Source of the DNA: an uncultured Candidatus Saccharibacteria bacterium
GTDB taxonomy: Bacteria; Patescibacteriota; Minisyncoccia; Phycocordibacterales; UBA6899
DNA length: 64,000 bases
Direction: 5' to 3'
Assembly: GCA_964386905.1 (NCBI GenBank)
Contig: CAYLUP010000001.1
Location: forward strand, 109,660 to 173,659
Positions 1 through 9,170 of the stretch are shown piece by piece. Each line of letters begins with the position of its first letter. The first letter of the stretch is position 1. Both the position numbers and the translations under genes were made by a program. A model generated the notes under the pieces. It was not told the origin of the DNA. It did not search any database and was given only the letters and a program-made list of their open reading frames with translations.

Positions 1-175
1 TTCCGTGGATTCAATCGCATTCGCTAGAGCGCTCCTAAACGTTCCAAAAGGGGATGTGTCAAAAGTTGCATCAAGATTTGCTGGAATCGAGCATGTGACA
101 GCAACTTTACATCCATTCTGGAAACAATATTTTCCAAGTGCGGTTGATGATATTGATATTAAAATTGTTGAATAA
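1..175 (+). CDS. 3' end of a hypothetical protein (partial)
   Basis: Open frame from base 2: SVDSIAFARALLNVPKGD...HPFWKQYFPSAVDDIDIKIVE, TAA at 173-175, followed by a terminator. Confidence 0.7.
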   Translation, partial: SVDSIAFARALLNVPKGDVSKVASRFAGIEHVTATLHPFWKQYFPSAVDDIDIKIVE

Positions 176-199
176 AAAACACGCGTACGCGTGTTTTTT
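174..199. terminator. Bidirectional intrinsic terminator
   Basis: Perfect palindrome aaaaaacacgcgt-acgcgtgtttttt directly after the stop codon. Confidence 0.8.
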
Positions 200-299
200 A
201 TTGTGAGAATATGTGAAATTTGTATTTCAAGAGCCGCTTCATCCCTTGTCACATTTGTGGTTTCAGATGAATCTGAATCCATGGTATACAAGCAGGGCT

Positions 300-444
300 A
301 AAGCTCGCCGGCCGTGTGTTTCAAAAGTACTGATGAATCAGTACTGTGGCGCGACAACGGTGAACCCGGCTCCGCTTTTCTCATCCTCGATGGAGGAAAA
401 AGCAAACCACGAGAACGCTATCGCATTCTCGTGGTGCTTTTTTG
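300..444 (-). repeat. Degenerate tRNA-downstream element (tRNA-Lys copy)
   Basis: Hairpin 406-435. Inverted imperfect copy of the tRNA 3' end at 378-397 (15/20). ggctccgcttttc (368-380) and agctcgcc (302-309) match the tRNA-Cys element at 1189-1201 and 1151-1158. Confidence 0.6.
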
Positions 445-517
445 TCCCCCCTCGAGGACTCGAACCTCGGACCGTCTCGTTAAGAGCGAGCTGCTCTACC
501 AACTGAGCTAAGGAGGG
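445..517 (-). tRNA. tRNA-Lys(CTT)
   Basis: Cloverleaf: acceptor ccctcct/agggggg, D arm gctc..gagc, anticodon loop ctCTTaa, T arm cgagg-ttcgagt-cctcg. Confidence 0.93.
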
Positions 518-560
518 ATAGGAGTATATTAGCAAAAGTACATAAAATTGCAAGAGAAAA

Positions 561-584
561 TGCCCACAACATATGTTGTGGGCA
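561..584. terminator. Hairpin terminator after the orphan ORF
   Basis: Perfect 24-bp palindrome tgcccacaacatatgttgtgggca next to the stop at 590. Confidence 0.65.
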
Positions 585-589
585 GATAT

Positions 590-919
590 TTAGTCATCAC
601 CTCGCATGACTGAGTATTCAGATGGGGGGATGGAGATGAGGCGCTTTGTCGGCGTGAAGCCGTGCGAGTGAGCGCAGGTGTCGAGATCTTTACACCGCAT
701 GACACCGGTCGTCCGATTCGAACGAACTGGTCCACCGCAGAGTGCACATTTCTCGACCTTCTTGGGTTCCATGAGTCGGATGTCGGACGTCATGGATTCC
801 TTGTCATGAGACACGACGGTCCCGACACTGGACCCAAGTTCTTCCCTAAGTTTCTTGGACAGCATGACAAGCGTGCCGTCCGGAGTGCGAAGGGAAGGGG
901 GATTGAGAAGGTACTTCAT
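590..919 (-). CDS. Hypothetical protein with putative Zn-ribbon (CALC...CKDLDTC)
   Basis: ATG at 919 (MKYLLNPP...), upstream ttgaca-16-taaaat promoter, terminator after the stop. More GC-rich than the flanks. Confidence 0.6.
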   Translation of the reverse strand: MKYLLNPPSLRTPDGTLVMLSKKLREELGSSVGTVVSHDKESMTSDIRLMEPKKVEKCALCGGPVRSNRTTGVMRCKDLDTCAHSHGFTPTKRLISIPPSEYSVMRGDD

Positions 920-1043
920 ATTGTTTAGCCTCAAAGGAGGGGTTGTTGTTGTGTGGCGAGTTGCCACGGTCCTTCGGGATTTTAACACTCCCTGCACATT
1001 TGTCAATTGTGTCATGAAGGAAAAGAACGCATGTACAGAAAGC

Positions 1044-1289
1044 AAAAATCCCTCATCGGGATTTTCTTGAGGCACGGGCGGGAATTGGTGTCAGCTCACA
1101 GCAATATTTTCTTTCGTTGCACTCAGAAAATATTGTGTGGCTCCTACCCGAGCTCGCCAGTCCTCACTCGTAGACTCGCTGCGGACTTGGCTCCACTTTT
1201 CAATTCCCGACGAAAGCACCTAATTGAGGTGCTTTCTCCCGTGCAAAAAATCCCTCATCGGGATTTTCTTGAGGCACGGGCGGGAATTG
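1044..1289 (-). repeat. tRNA-Cys downstream element, 202-bp period, bounded by 44-bp direct repeats
   Basis: 1044-1087 is identical to 1246-1289 (terminator plus tRNA 3' end). Inverted tRNA copy at 1199-1209 and 1238-1244, split by hairpin 1212-1236. Confidence 0.9.
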
Positions 1290-1343
1290 AACCCGCGCAT
1301 GGCGGTTTTGCAGACCGCAGCGTTACCACTTCGCCACCGTGCC
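1272..1343 (-). tRNA. tRNA-Cys(GCA)
   Basis: ggcacgg/ccgtgcc acceptor, gcggt-ctGCAaa-accgc anticodon arm, U73 discriminator. Confidence 0.95.
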
Positions 1344-1439
1344 GTGAGAACACTATAGCAGGATTCACAAGAATTGGCAAAGAATTTTACGAGTAACAGT
1401 GCTTTTCAAAACTGCAATTTTCATGTACGATTGCACTAC

Positions 1440-1523
1440 GCCCGGGTGGCGTAATGGTAGCCGCAGGAGACTTAAAATCTCCCGTCATTATATGACGTGC
1501 GGGTTCGAGTCCCGCCCCGGGCA
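1440..1523 (+). tRNA. tRNA-Leu(TAA)
   Basis: gcccggg/cccgggc acceptor, ggaga-ctTAAaa-tctcc, long variable arm, ttcgagt T loop. Confidence 0.95.
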
Positions 1524-1928
1524 CATAAAAAGAGCAAGTCTTCTTGCTCTTTTTTGTACACGGGGAAGAAGCAAACTGCTTTGCTTCTGTCGGGACTCGA
1601 AGCCACGGAGCATGTCGCTTGCGACGGCGAGTGGCCGACCGAGAACACGAGATATGTTCGAGTGTGCGAAGAACATATCCGTGATTCTGGGTCGAGTCCC
1701 GCCCCGGGCACATAAAAAGAGCAAGTCTTCTTGCTCTTTTTTGTACACGGGGAAGAAGCAAACTGCTTTGCTTCTGTCGGGACTCGAAGCCACGGAGCAT
1801 GTCGCTTGCGACGGCGAGTGGCCGACCGAGAACACGAGATATGTTCGAGTGTGCGAAGAACATATCCGTGATTCTGGGTCGAGTCCCGCCCCGGGCACAT
1901 AAAAAGAGCAAGTCTTCTTGCTCTTTTT
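1505..1928 (+). repeat. 187-bp tandem repeat (2 full copies plus a partial third) starting in the tRNA-Leu T loop
   Basis: tcgagtcccgccccgggcacataaaaagagcaag... recurs at 1505, 1692 and 1879. Copies appear identical. Confidence 0.95.
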
Positions 1929-1932
1929 ATGT

Positions 1933-2271
1933 TTACTGATGGTCGAGGAGTTCGTCTACTCTCTGCCTATTGTATTCTCCTTCATCTGCAACAAATGAGA
2001 CAAACGGGATGATATGAAGGCGTGTTTTTTCTTTGAGAAGATCTCGGAAGTCGTCTTTGTGTCTGTTCAGAAAATCAATTGCACCGTGTTCAGCTGTTCG
2101 TGGAAATACGGAAAGCAGAATATTTGCATGCTTTAGATCTCTTGAGAGTTCAATGCGTGTGACAGTAAGAAGTGATTGCCGATTTGAGTGCCTTGCAACG
2201 AATTGGGCTGCCATTTCTTTTAAGAGGTGCTCTGCACGTTCGTCTTTTATTTTTGCAATTCTATCATTCAT
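1933..2271 (-). CDS. rbfA: Ribosome-binding factor A
   Basis: LLTVTRIELSRDLKHANILLS and IPFVSFVAD motifs; immediately downstream of infB. Confidence 0.9.
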   Translation of the reverse strand: MNDRIAKIKDERAEHLLKEMAAQFVARHSNRQSLLTVTRIELSRDLKHANILLSVFPRTAEHGAIDFLNRHKDDFRDLLKEKTRLHIIPFVSFVADEGEYNRQRVDELLDHQ

Positions 2272-2272
2272 A

Positions 2273-3754
2273 TTATTGCTTTTTCTCGATAATAAATGGA
2301 ACGAGAACATCTCTTTCTGCGATAGTAAAACGAGATTCAACCATCAAACCACATTCATTTCCTTCCGTAACTTCTTGAGATTTCATTTTTTGCTGTTGGA
2401 GCTCGAGTATTTTTCCTTCGCCAATTTCTATTCCTTTTCTTAGGATGGTGAAACGTGTATCTTTGATGATTTTTCCTGACTCAACATGGCCACCAAGCAC
2501 CTGTTTGTCTTTTTGTTGAGAAAAGAATCGCAGAATACGGAGTTCGCCGAGTGGAGTTTTTACTTCAATGTGTGGTGCTCGTTCACGTACAAGGTCATCT
2601 ATAAACTCAGTAAGTTTATAGATGATTGTGAAATCATGTATGTTTACATTATTTCGAGTGACAAGGTCCTGTGCAAGCGCATCGTGCTTTACGTTGAATG
2701 CAAGGATTACCGCATTTTCTGATCCAATTGCAAGCTTGACATCATTTTCGGTGACAGCGCCGACCCCTTTTGAAATGATTCTGAGCAAAACGCGAGGGTG
2801 AGTAATTTTAAGGAGCTCTCCTTCAATAGCTTCAAGCGTTCCCGCAACGTCTGCGCGAATGATCACGGGAATGATGACACAGCGCTCATCGTCAGATTGT
2901 TGTTGCATTGATACACACAGAGGGGAATCAGAATCAATAAAACATTCTGCTTCTTTTTTTGAATCAACTGTTGTGACTCGTGCTCCAATTTTTGGCACCG
3001 ACGTCCACCCGGTTATGCGTACAGGTGATGAGAAGGATGCGGACTCAACCGGTTTACCCTGGAAGTTTTCAATAATACGAAGTGGAGCATATGAGCCATC
3101 GCAGACAATGAATTGTCCTTTTCGGACAGTTCCGTTTGTAATAACAAGTGTTGCTGTTGCTCCTTTTTTTGGATCCATTTTGGACTCAATAATGACGCCA
3201 TCAAGAGGTGAAGATGCGTCTCCTGTTAATCCTTCAAGCTCTGCGGTAAGAAGAAGGAGGTCGAGAAGAGCATCAACTCCTTCTCCTGTTTTTGCAGATA
3301 GGAGTACGTAGGAAATATTTCCACCGTATCCTTCGACAAAAATATCAGCCTCTGCGAGTGATTGTTTTGTTCTTTCTGGATTCGCATTCGGCTTATCAAT
3401 CTTATTGATTGCAACGATGAAAGGAATATGTGCTTCTTTTATTGCTTGATATGCTTCAATGGTTTGCGCTTTAACACCATCTTCTGCTGAAACTACAAGC
3501 ACTGCGATATCCGCAACTTTTGCACCACGCGCACGCATTCCAGTGAATGCTTGGTGGCCTGGAGTATCGAGGAAGGTAATGCGCTTTGATCCGCCGTCAC
3601 CAGTCTTATGCTCAACTTCATACGCACTTATGTGCTGGGTGATCCCGCCTGCTTCAGTGGCAACAATATTCGTATGACGAATATAATCGAGAAGAGTAGA
3701 CTTCCCGTGATCAACGTGGCCCATAATAACGATAATTGGTGATCTCTCAGACAT
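2273..3754 (-). CDS. infB: Translation initiation factor IF-2 (short form, no N-terminal domain)
   Basis: [36 protein letters not shown]. Confidence 0.97.
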   Translation of the reverse strand: MSERSPIIVIMGHVDHGKSTLLDYIRHTNIVATEAGGITQHISAYEVEHKTGDGGSKRITFLDTPGHQAFTGMRARGAKVADIAVLVVSAEDGVKAQTIEAYQAIKEAHIPFIVAINKIDKPNANPERTKQSLAEADIFVEGYGGNISYVLLSAKTGEGVDALLDLLLLTAELEGLTGDASSPLDGVIIESKMDPKKGATATLVITNGTVRKGQFIVCDGSYAPLRIIENFQGKPVESASFSSPVRITGWTSVPKIGARVTTVDSKKEAECFIDSDSPLCVSMQQQSDDERCVIIPVIIRADVAGTLEAIEGELLKITHPRVLLRIISKGVGAVTENDVKLAIGSENAVILAFNVKHDALAQDLVTRNNVNIHDFTIIYKLTEFIDDLVRERAPHIEVKTPLGELRILRFFSQQKDKQVLGGHVESGKIIKDTRFTILRKGIEIGEGKILELQQQKMKSQEVTEGNECGLMVESRFTIAERDVLVPFIIEKKQ

Positions 3755-3843
3755 AAAAAAGCGCGTTAGCGGAATAATGACAATATTTTCAAACTACCAC
3801 AAAATATGATATTCGTCTATAAAAAAATAAGCATACTTCATGC

Positions 3844-4293
3844 TTATTCTTTCTCGATAACACAGCGTTCTTCTTCCGTGAGCTCAATGTCAGATTCACG
3901 TCCTGTAACAGGTTTTGCGTACATGCTGACTTTTTCTCTGGTATATAGAGAGGAGATCACTGCTCCATTCCCGTGTTCATCGAGGAATGCAGCTGCAAAG
4001 CTGTGATTTCCACCAGTGCCTGTGTTTTGAAACGGATTAAACCTTTTCAAGACAACACCATGGAGTTTCTTCTGCATGCGAAGATCCAGCTTGTTGAGTT
4101 CTATTCGCATATTATCTTGGAATTCTTTAAATGACTCAATGTCTTCTTGATTTTTGAGGATAATGTGTTCCAGGGAAGTTGCACTGTTCCCAGATAGTAG
4201 GGTGGAAATCTTTTTCTCTAAGAGAATGACCCATATGGTTAAGACAATGACTGACGTCGATAGAAGTCCTATTGCAATGACGGTGTAATGCAT
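3844..4293 (-). CDS. DUF4446-like membrane protein
   Basis: N-terminal TM, coiled coil, RFNPF..TGG.HSF...LDEHGNG.VISSLY.RE...YAKP pattern. Confidence 0.75.
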   Translation of the reverse strand: MHYTVIAIGLLSTSVIVLTIWVILLEKKISTLLSGNSATSLEHIILKNQEDIESFKEFQDNMRIELNKLDLRMQKKLHGVVLKRFNPFQNTGTGGNHSFAAAFLDEHGNGAVISSLYTREKVSMYAKPVTGRESDIELTEEERCVIEKE

Positions 4294-4356
4294 GCATGTA
4301 TCATACTGTACGAGTGGGCACTTTTGCAAATCGAAAACGTGTGGCAAAATAGTGGT

Positions 4357-5589
4357 ATGAAACGAACGTACCTTGATTATGCAGCTTCAACCCCACTTGA
4401 TAGCCATGTTGCTGAAATTATGCTTCCTCTTATGACTGTGAGCTATGGAAACCCTTCGGCAATTCACTTTGATGGTATGCTCGCAAAACGAGCTATTGAC
4501 GGAGCGCGTGAGAAAATTGGCAATGTGCTTGGCGTCTCGAAAACGACATGCGTGTTTACTGCATCGGCAACAGAATCTATAGGCCTTGCGCTCCTTGGTA
4601 CCATTGCATACTGGAAGCATATTCATTCAGGAGAGACTCCAGAGATCCTTCTGTCTCCTATTGAACATGAAGCTGTGCGTGCATACGCACGTGCCCTTGA
4701 AAAACAAGGGGTGATTGTTCGTTATCTTCCAGTGAGTGAGGATGGCGTTATATCTCCAAGAGAGGTTTTTGATCGTCTTACTCCAAACACTGTGCTTGTG
4801 AGTGTTGGTTTGGTAAATAACGAAATAGGAACAATCCAACCTATTTCGGAAATTGCCAGAGAGATCCGCCGATACAAAAAGCTCATTCGTGGAGTAACAA
4901 GAGATAAGAGTCCAATTGGAGACGATGTCTACCCACTTCTTCATACTGACGCAACTCAAGCAGTGAATTATCATGACATGAATATCCCTCGTCTTGGGGT
5001 CGACTTGCTTTCTTGTAACGGAGCAAAAATTTATGGTCCGAAAGGTATCGGTTTGCTCTATCGGGGGACTCATGTGCATATTGAATCACATCTGGTTGGT
5101 GGTGGGCAAGAATTTGGGTTGCGCTCCGGAACAGAAGATACAGCTTCAATAGTAGGGTTTGCAGAGGCGATTGTTCGTGCGCAACAGGCTGCACTTGACG
5201 AAACTGTTCGTATTCTTCCAATAAGGGAACACCTTTTTTCTTTGTTGCATGATGTGGCTTCTTCTCTCCGCATCTCAATGCGCGTCAATGGACCACGTGG
5301 AGATTGTCGAGTTGTAAATAACGTTCATGTGTCATTTGATGGCGTCGACCATGAATATCTTGTTATTTTATTGGACAATGAAGGCTTCTCGCTTTCGACG
5401 AAAAGTGCGTGTGATGAGCGAAAAAGCGAAGAATCTTTCGTGCTTTCAACGCTCTCTGAATATTCAGCTGCCCCCAGACCGCTTTCGGGTATTCGTGTTA
5501 CCATGGGGAAGCATACCCTTCCTTCTGATATTGATGCATTTGCTGGGGCGTTGCGCAAAGTGCTTCCATTAGCACAACATACAATTTAA
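4357..5589 (+). CDS. iscS: Cysteine desulfurase (IscS/NifS family)
   Basis: YLDYAASTP, GNPS, HTDATQA, KIYGPKG (PLP lysine), RSGTE, SAC catalytic Cys. Confidence 0.9.
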   Translation: MKRTYLDYAASTPLDSHVAEIMLPLMTVSYGNPSAIHFDGMLAKRAIDGAREKIGNVLGVSKTTCVFTASATESIGLALLGTIAYWKHIHSGETPEILLSPIEHEAVRAYARALEKQGVIVRYLPVSEDGVISPREVFDRLTPNTVLVSVGLVNNEIGTIQPISEIAREIRRYKKLIRGVTRDKSPIGDDVYPLLHTDATQAVNYHDMNIPRLGVDLLSCNGAKIYGPKGIGLLYRGTHVHIESHLVGGGQEFGLRSGTEDTASIVGFAEAIVRAQQAALDETVRILPIREHLFSLLHDVASSLRISMRVNGPRGDCRVVNNVHVSFDGVDHEYLVILLDNEGFSLSTKSACDERKSEESFVLSTLSEYSAAPRPLSGIRVTMGKHTLPSDIDAFAGALRKVLPLAQHTI

Positions 5590-5599
5590 TTTTCATTTT

Positions 5600-6196
5600 A
5601 TGCATTACGAACCAAAAAATTTTACACATCTTCTCGGTATGAGTGGTTTTTCTGATGAACTCCTTCAAAATCACTTTACGCTGTATGAAGGTTATGTAAA
5701 AAACACGAATACACTCCAAGAGAAATTGCAAAACTTCCCACTTGATGAAACCCCACTTGTTGAACGATCGGAGTTGCAGCGACGATTTGGTTGGGAGTAT
5801 AACGGCATGAAACTCCATGAATACTATTTTGAAAACATGACTCAAAATGAGGGCACCCTTCCATCAACAGAACTCACCAATCATATTGCACATCATTTTG
5901 GTTCATTTGAACGCTGGAAACGCGATTTTGTCCAAATTGGTATGATGAGGGGAATTGGTTGGGTTCTTTTGGCCTGTGATGATGCTGGAGTTTTTCGAAA
6001 CACCTGGGTTAGTGAACATGATGGTGGACTTTTGGTGTCTCACAAGCCAGTGTTCGTGATGGACGTGTTTGAGCACAGTTATATACGAGAGTACGGTCTA
6101 AAAAAGGCCTCGTATATTGATGCGTTTTTTTCACATGCCAATTGGCACGTAGTTGAACAAAGAATTTCAAACGCATTGACTAAGACTGAAATATAG
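5600..6196 (+). CDS. Fe/Mn superoxide dismutase
   Basis: H...YEGYV, LHEYYF, GIGW, DVFEHSY metal ligands. Confidence 0.9.
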   Translation: MHYEPKNFTHLLGMSGFSDELLQNHFTLYEGYVKNTNTLQEKLQNFPLDETPLVERSELQRRFGWEYNGMKLHEYYFENMTQNEGTLPSTELTNHIAHHFGSFERWKRDFVQIGMMRGIGWVLLACDDAGVFRNTWVSEHDGGLLVSHKPVFVMDVFEHSYIREYGLKKASYIDAFFSHANWHVVEQRISNALTKTEI

Positions 6197-6225
6197 TGTA
6201 TTATATTCTATAATTTTTTTGACAT

Positions 6226-8922
6226 ATGCCTCCATTTCAGAATTTTACCGCAAAAGCAAGAGATGCAATTCGTAGAGCGCATGAACTTGCAATAGAAAGG
6301 GAACAGACACATGTGACGCCAATGCACTTGCTGGCTGGTCTTTTGCTGCAAGAAGAAAGCATGATTCTTTCAATAATTGAAAAAATGGAAGTCGATGGTT
6401 CTGCTTTTACTGAACAGGTTATTGAAAAAATTGATGATGGGGGAGAGCGTGTTGGAGGAACAGCAGCATCATATCAGCTTTACCTTACTGCCGAGCTTGC
6501 GCAAGTTCTTGAGGCCTCACAGTCTATTGGACTCGAGTTAAAGGATGAGTTTATTTCTACTGAGCACTTATTGCTTGCTTTGCTTTTTGTCCCATCTCCA
6601 GCACAGAACATACTTGAGTCACACAAGATTTCAAAGGACAAGGTGCTGGTTGCTTTGAAACAAATAAAGGATGCAGAGCAGCAAGGGGGTGCTCATCAAG
6701 ACGGTGCAAACACAAAACAACGTGCAATTTCGAAGTATACGCGATCATTAACTAAACTTGCCGAAGAAGATAAATTAGATCCGGTAATTGGTCGTGATGA
6801 AGAGATTGGTAGACTGATCCAGATACTTTCCCGTAGAACAAAAAATAATCCTATTCTCATTGGTGAAGCAGGCACGGGAAAGACTGCTGTTGTTGAGGGG
6901 CTTGCACAGCGCATAGCAAAGGGGGATATCCCTGAGTTTTTACGTGGAAAAGATCTCGTATCTCTTGATCTTGGCTTGTTGATTGCAGGAACAAAATATC
7001 GAGGTGAGTTCGAGGAGCGCTTGAAAGCAATTATGAAAGAGGTTGAGCGTTCAGAGGGAAAAATTATCCTCTTTATCGACGAGATTCATACGATTGTTGG
7101 AGCAGGTGCTGCTGAAGGGTCGATGGATGCTTCAAATATGCTAAAACCCGCTCTTGCGCGCGGAGAGCTTCGCGCGATAGGCGCAACGACAATAAAAGAA
7201 TACCAAAAGCACATCGAAAAGGACCCCGCACTCACGCGCCGCTTTCAACCGGTATATGTTTCAGAGCCATCAATCGAAGATGCGGTTGCAATTCTTCGTG
7301 GGTTAAAGGAGAAATATGAAATATTCCATGGTGTTAAAATTACAGATGATGCGATTCTTGCAGCAGTGAATTTGTCCTCACGATATATTACAGATCGTTC
7401 ACTTCCAGATAAAGCAGTCGACCTGATTGATGAGGCTGCGTCAGCATTGCGCATTGAATTGGAAAACAAGCCTGCGCTCCTTGAACAAGCACACCGTAAA
7501 ATCATGCGCTTAGAAATCGAAAATGAAGCTTTAAAGCATGAAGCAGAAGGCGAAGGAGAAAGCGCAAAGAAAGCAACTGCTCGGATGAAGGTTATCGAGC
7601 GTGAAATTGCGGATCTTCGTGAAGAGACACGCGAGTTTGAGCTTAAGTGGAAAAACGAAAAAGGTCTCGTCGTTGATCTTAAAAATATTAAAAAAGAGCT
7701 TGAGTCTTTGCGAGTGGAAGCAGAGAATGCTGAACTCAAAAGTGATTTATCTAAGGCAGCGGAAATTCGCTACGGACGAATTCCCCTTTTGACGAAGCAG
7801 CTTGAAGAGAAAACAGGTAAGCTGAAAAAGTTGCAATCATCTCGTCGCATTCTCCATGAAGAAGTTGGCGAGCAGGATATTGCAAAGGTGGTGGCACGTT
7901 GGACCGGAGTTCCTGTTTCGCGCATGCTTGAAGAAGAGGTTGCAAAACTTGCACGAATGGAAGATGAGCTTCGAACGCGTGTTGTTGGACAAGATGATGC
8001 AATCGCAAAAATTGCGAATGCTGTACGACGTTCGCGTGTTGGAATTGGTGACCCACATCGCCCCATTGGCTCATTTCTATTTCTCGGCCCAACCGGAGTT
8101 GGAAAGACTGAATTGACAAAGGCGCTTGCAGCATTTCTTTTTGATGACGAAAAGGCGCTTATCCGGGTTGACATGTCTGAATTTATGGAAAAGCATGCCG
8201 TATCAAAACTCGTCGGGGCTCCTCCTGGATATGTTGGTCATGAGGAAGCTGGCTCATTGACAGAATCTGTCCGTCACCGTCCGTATTCGGTTGTGCTCTT
8301 TGACGAAGTAGAAAAAGCACATCCAGAAGTCTTTAATATACTTCTTCAAGTACTTGATGACGGACGTCTTACGGACGCAAAAGGCCGTGTAGTGAATTTT
8401 AAAAATACGGTTATTGTCATGACTTCAAATATAGGTTCCGAGTTTATCGACAGAATGCAGAGTATTGGCTTTGGGACTGGTGATATCAGCGTCGACGCCG
8501 AATACGCACGAACGAAGGAGAAGGTTATTGAGCATCTTAAAGACTATTTCCGACCTGAATTTATTAACCGACTGGATGAAATTATCAATTTTGATATTCT
8601 TTCTCCTGAAGTTGTTCGAAATATTGTTGATGTACAGATTGGGCGTGTCGCGGAGAGGTTGTCGCATAAAGAAATTTCTTTAATTGTAACGACAGATGCT
8701 CTTGAAAAGCTTGGGAAGGAAGGATACAATCCTCAGTTTGGAGCTCGTCCGCTTCGAAGGCTCATTCAAGAGAAAATTCTTAATCCAGTTGCAAATGCAA
8801 TGATTAAGGAGCGTCTGCTTACCCATGCAACCGTTTCCGTGTCTGTGAAAAACGATGATTTTGTTGTGAAAGTAGAAAAAAAGAAAGGACTTGGTCGAAC
8901 AAAAAAAGTTCGAACGTCATAA
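6226..8922 (+). CDS. clpB: ATP-dependent chaperone ClpB (with IGF loop)
   Basis: Clp N-domain, [16 protein letters not shown], long M-domain coiled coil, [12 protein letters not shown] pore loop, GARPLRR. Confidence 0.92.
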   Translation: MPPFQNFTAKARDAIRRAHELAIEREQTHVTPMHLLAGLLLQEESMILSIIEKMEVDGSAFTEQVIEKIDDGGERVGGTAASYQLYLTAELAQVLEASQSIGLELKDEFISTEHLLLALLFVPSPAQNILESHKISKDKVLVALKQIKDAEQQGGAHQDGANTKQRAISKYTRSLTKLAEEDKLDPVIGRDEEIGRLIQILSRRTKNNPILIGEAGTGKTAVVEGLAQRIAKGDIPEFLRGKDLVSLDLGLLIAGTKYRGEFEERLKAIMKEVERSEGKIILFIDEIHTIVGAGAAEGSMDASNMLKPALARGELRAIGATTIKEYQKHIEKDPALTRRFQPVYVSEPSIEDAVAILRGLKEKYEIFHGVKITDDAILAAVNLSSRYITDRSLPDKAVDLIDEAASALRIELENKPALLEQAHRKIMRLEIENEALKHEAEGEGESAKKATARMKVIEREIADLREETREFELKWKNEKGLVVDLKNIKKELESLRVEAENAELKSDLSKAAEIRYGRIPLLTKQLEEKTGKLKKLQSSRRILHEEVGEQDIAKVVARWTGVPVSRMLEEEVAKLARMEDELRTRVVGQDDAIAKIANAVRRSRVGIGDPHRPIGSFLFLGPTGVGKTELTKALAAFLFDDEKALIRVDMSEFMEKHAVSKLVGAPPGYVGHEEAGSLTESVRHRPYSVVLFDEVEKAHPEVFNILLQVLDDGRLTDAKGRVVNFKNTVIVMTSNIGSEFIDRMQSIGFGTGDISVDAEYARTKEKVIEHLKDYFRPEFINRLDEIINFDILSPEVVRNIVDVQIGRVAERLSHKEISLIVTTDALEKLGKEGYNPQFGARPLRRLIQEKILNPVANAMIKERLLTHATVSVSVKNDDFVVKVEKKKGLGRTKKVRTS

Positions 8923-9016
8923 AGACACCCATAGGGTGTTTTTATGTTGATGGTAATAACTCAGCGGTGCAGGTGTATTCCAGAGAGATCAGAAGGCGAA
9001 ACAATGGAGGGGGTTG

Positions 9017-9087
9017 TCGGGATACCGAGAATCGAACTCGAGCATCACGCACCCGAAACGTGCATACTTCCACTATATTATATCCCG
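9017..9087 (-). tRNA. tRNA-Pro(CGG)
   Basis: cgggata/tatcccg acceptor, cacgt-ttCGGgt-gcgtg anticodon arm, ttcgatt T loop. Confidence 0.88.
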
Positions 9088-9170
9088 TTCAATGTGTATT
9101 TTACAAAAACTCTATATGTAAGTAACGGAATGTACATTTTATGAAAAACATGTTATAATTGAAGCCATTT

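Noticed and set aside
213-553. Short ORFs over tRNA-Lys
   Set aside because: They overlap the tRNA and its trailing element.
1044-1289. Prophage or island attL/attR at tRNA-Cys
   Set aside because: The direct repeats are only 202 bp apart and no integrase is present; treated as the small element instead.
1387-1911. Several overlapping ORFs with internal repeats
   Set aside because: They are translations of tRNA-Leu and the 187-bp non-coding repeat.
1505-1928. Possible CRISPR array
   Set aside because: Whole units are identical with no unique spacers, the repeat is tRNA-derived, and there are no cas genes.
2273-3754. Short IF-2 (also GAD-less AspRS and short L13) as pseudogenes or novelty
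   Set aside because: Catalytic motifs are intact and such trimmed forms are expected in reduced CPR-type genomes.
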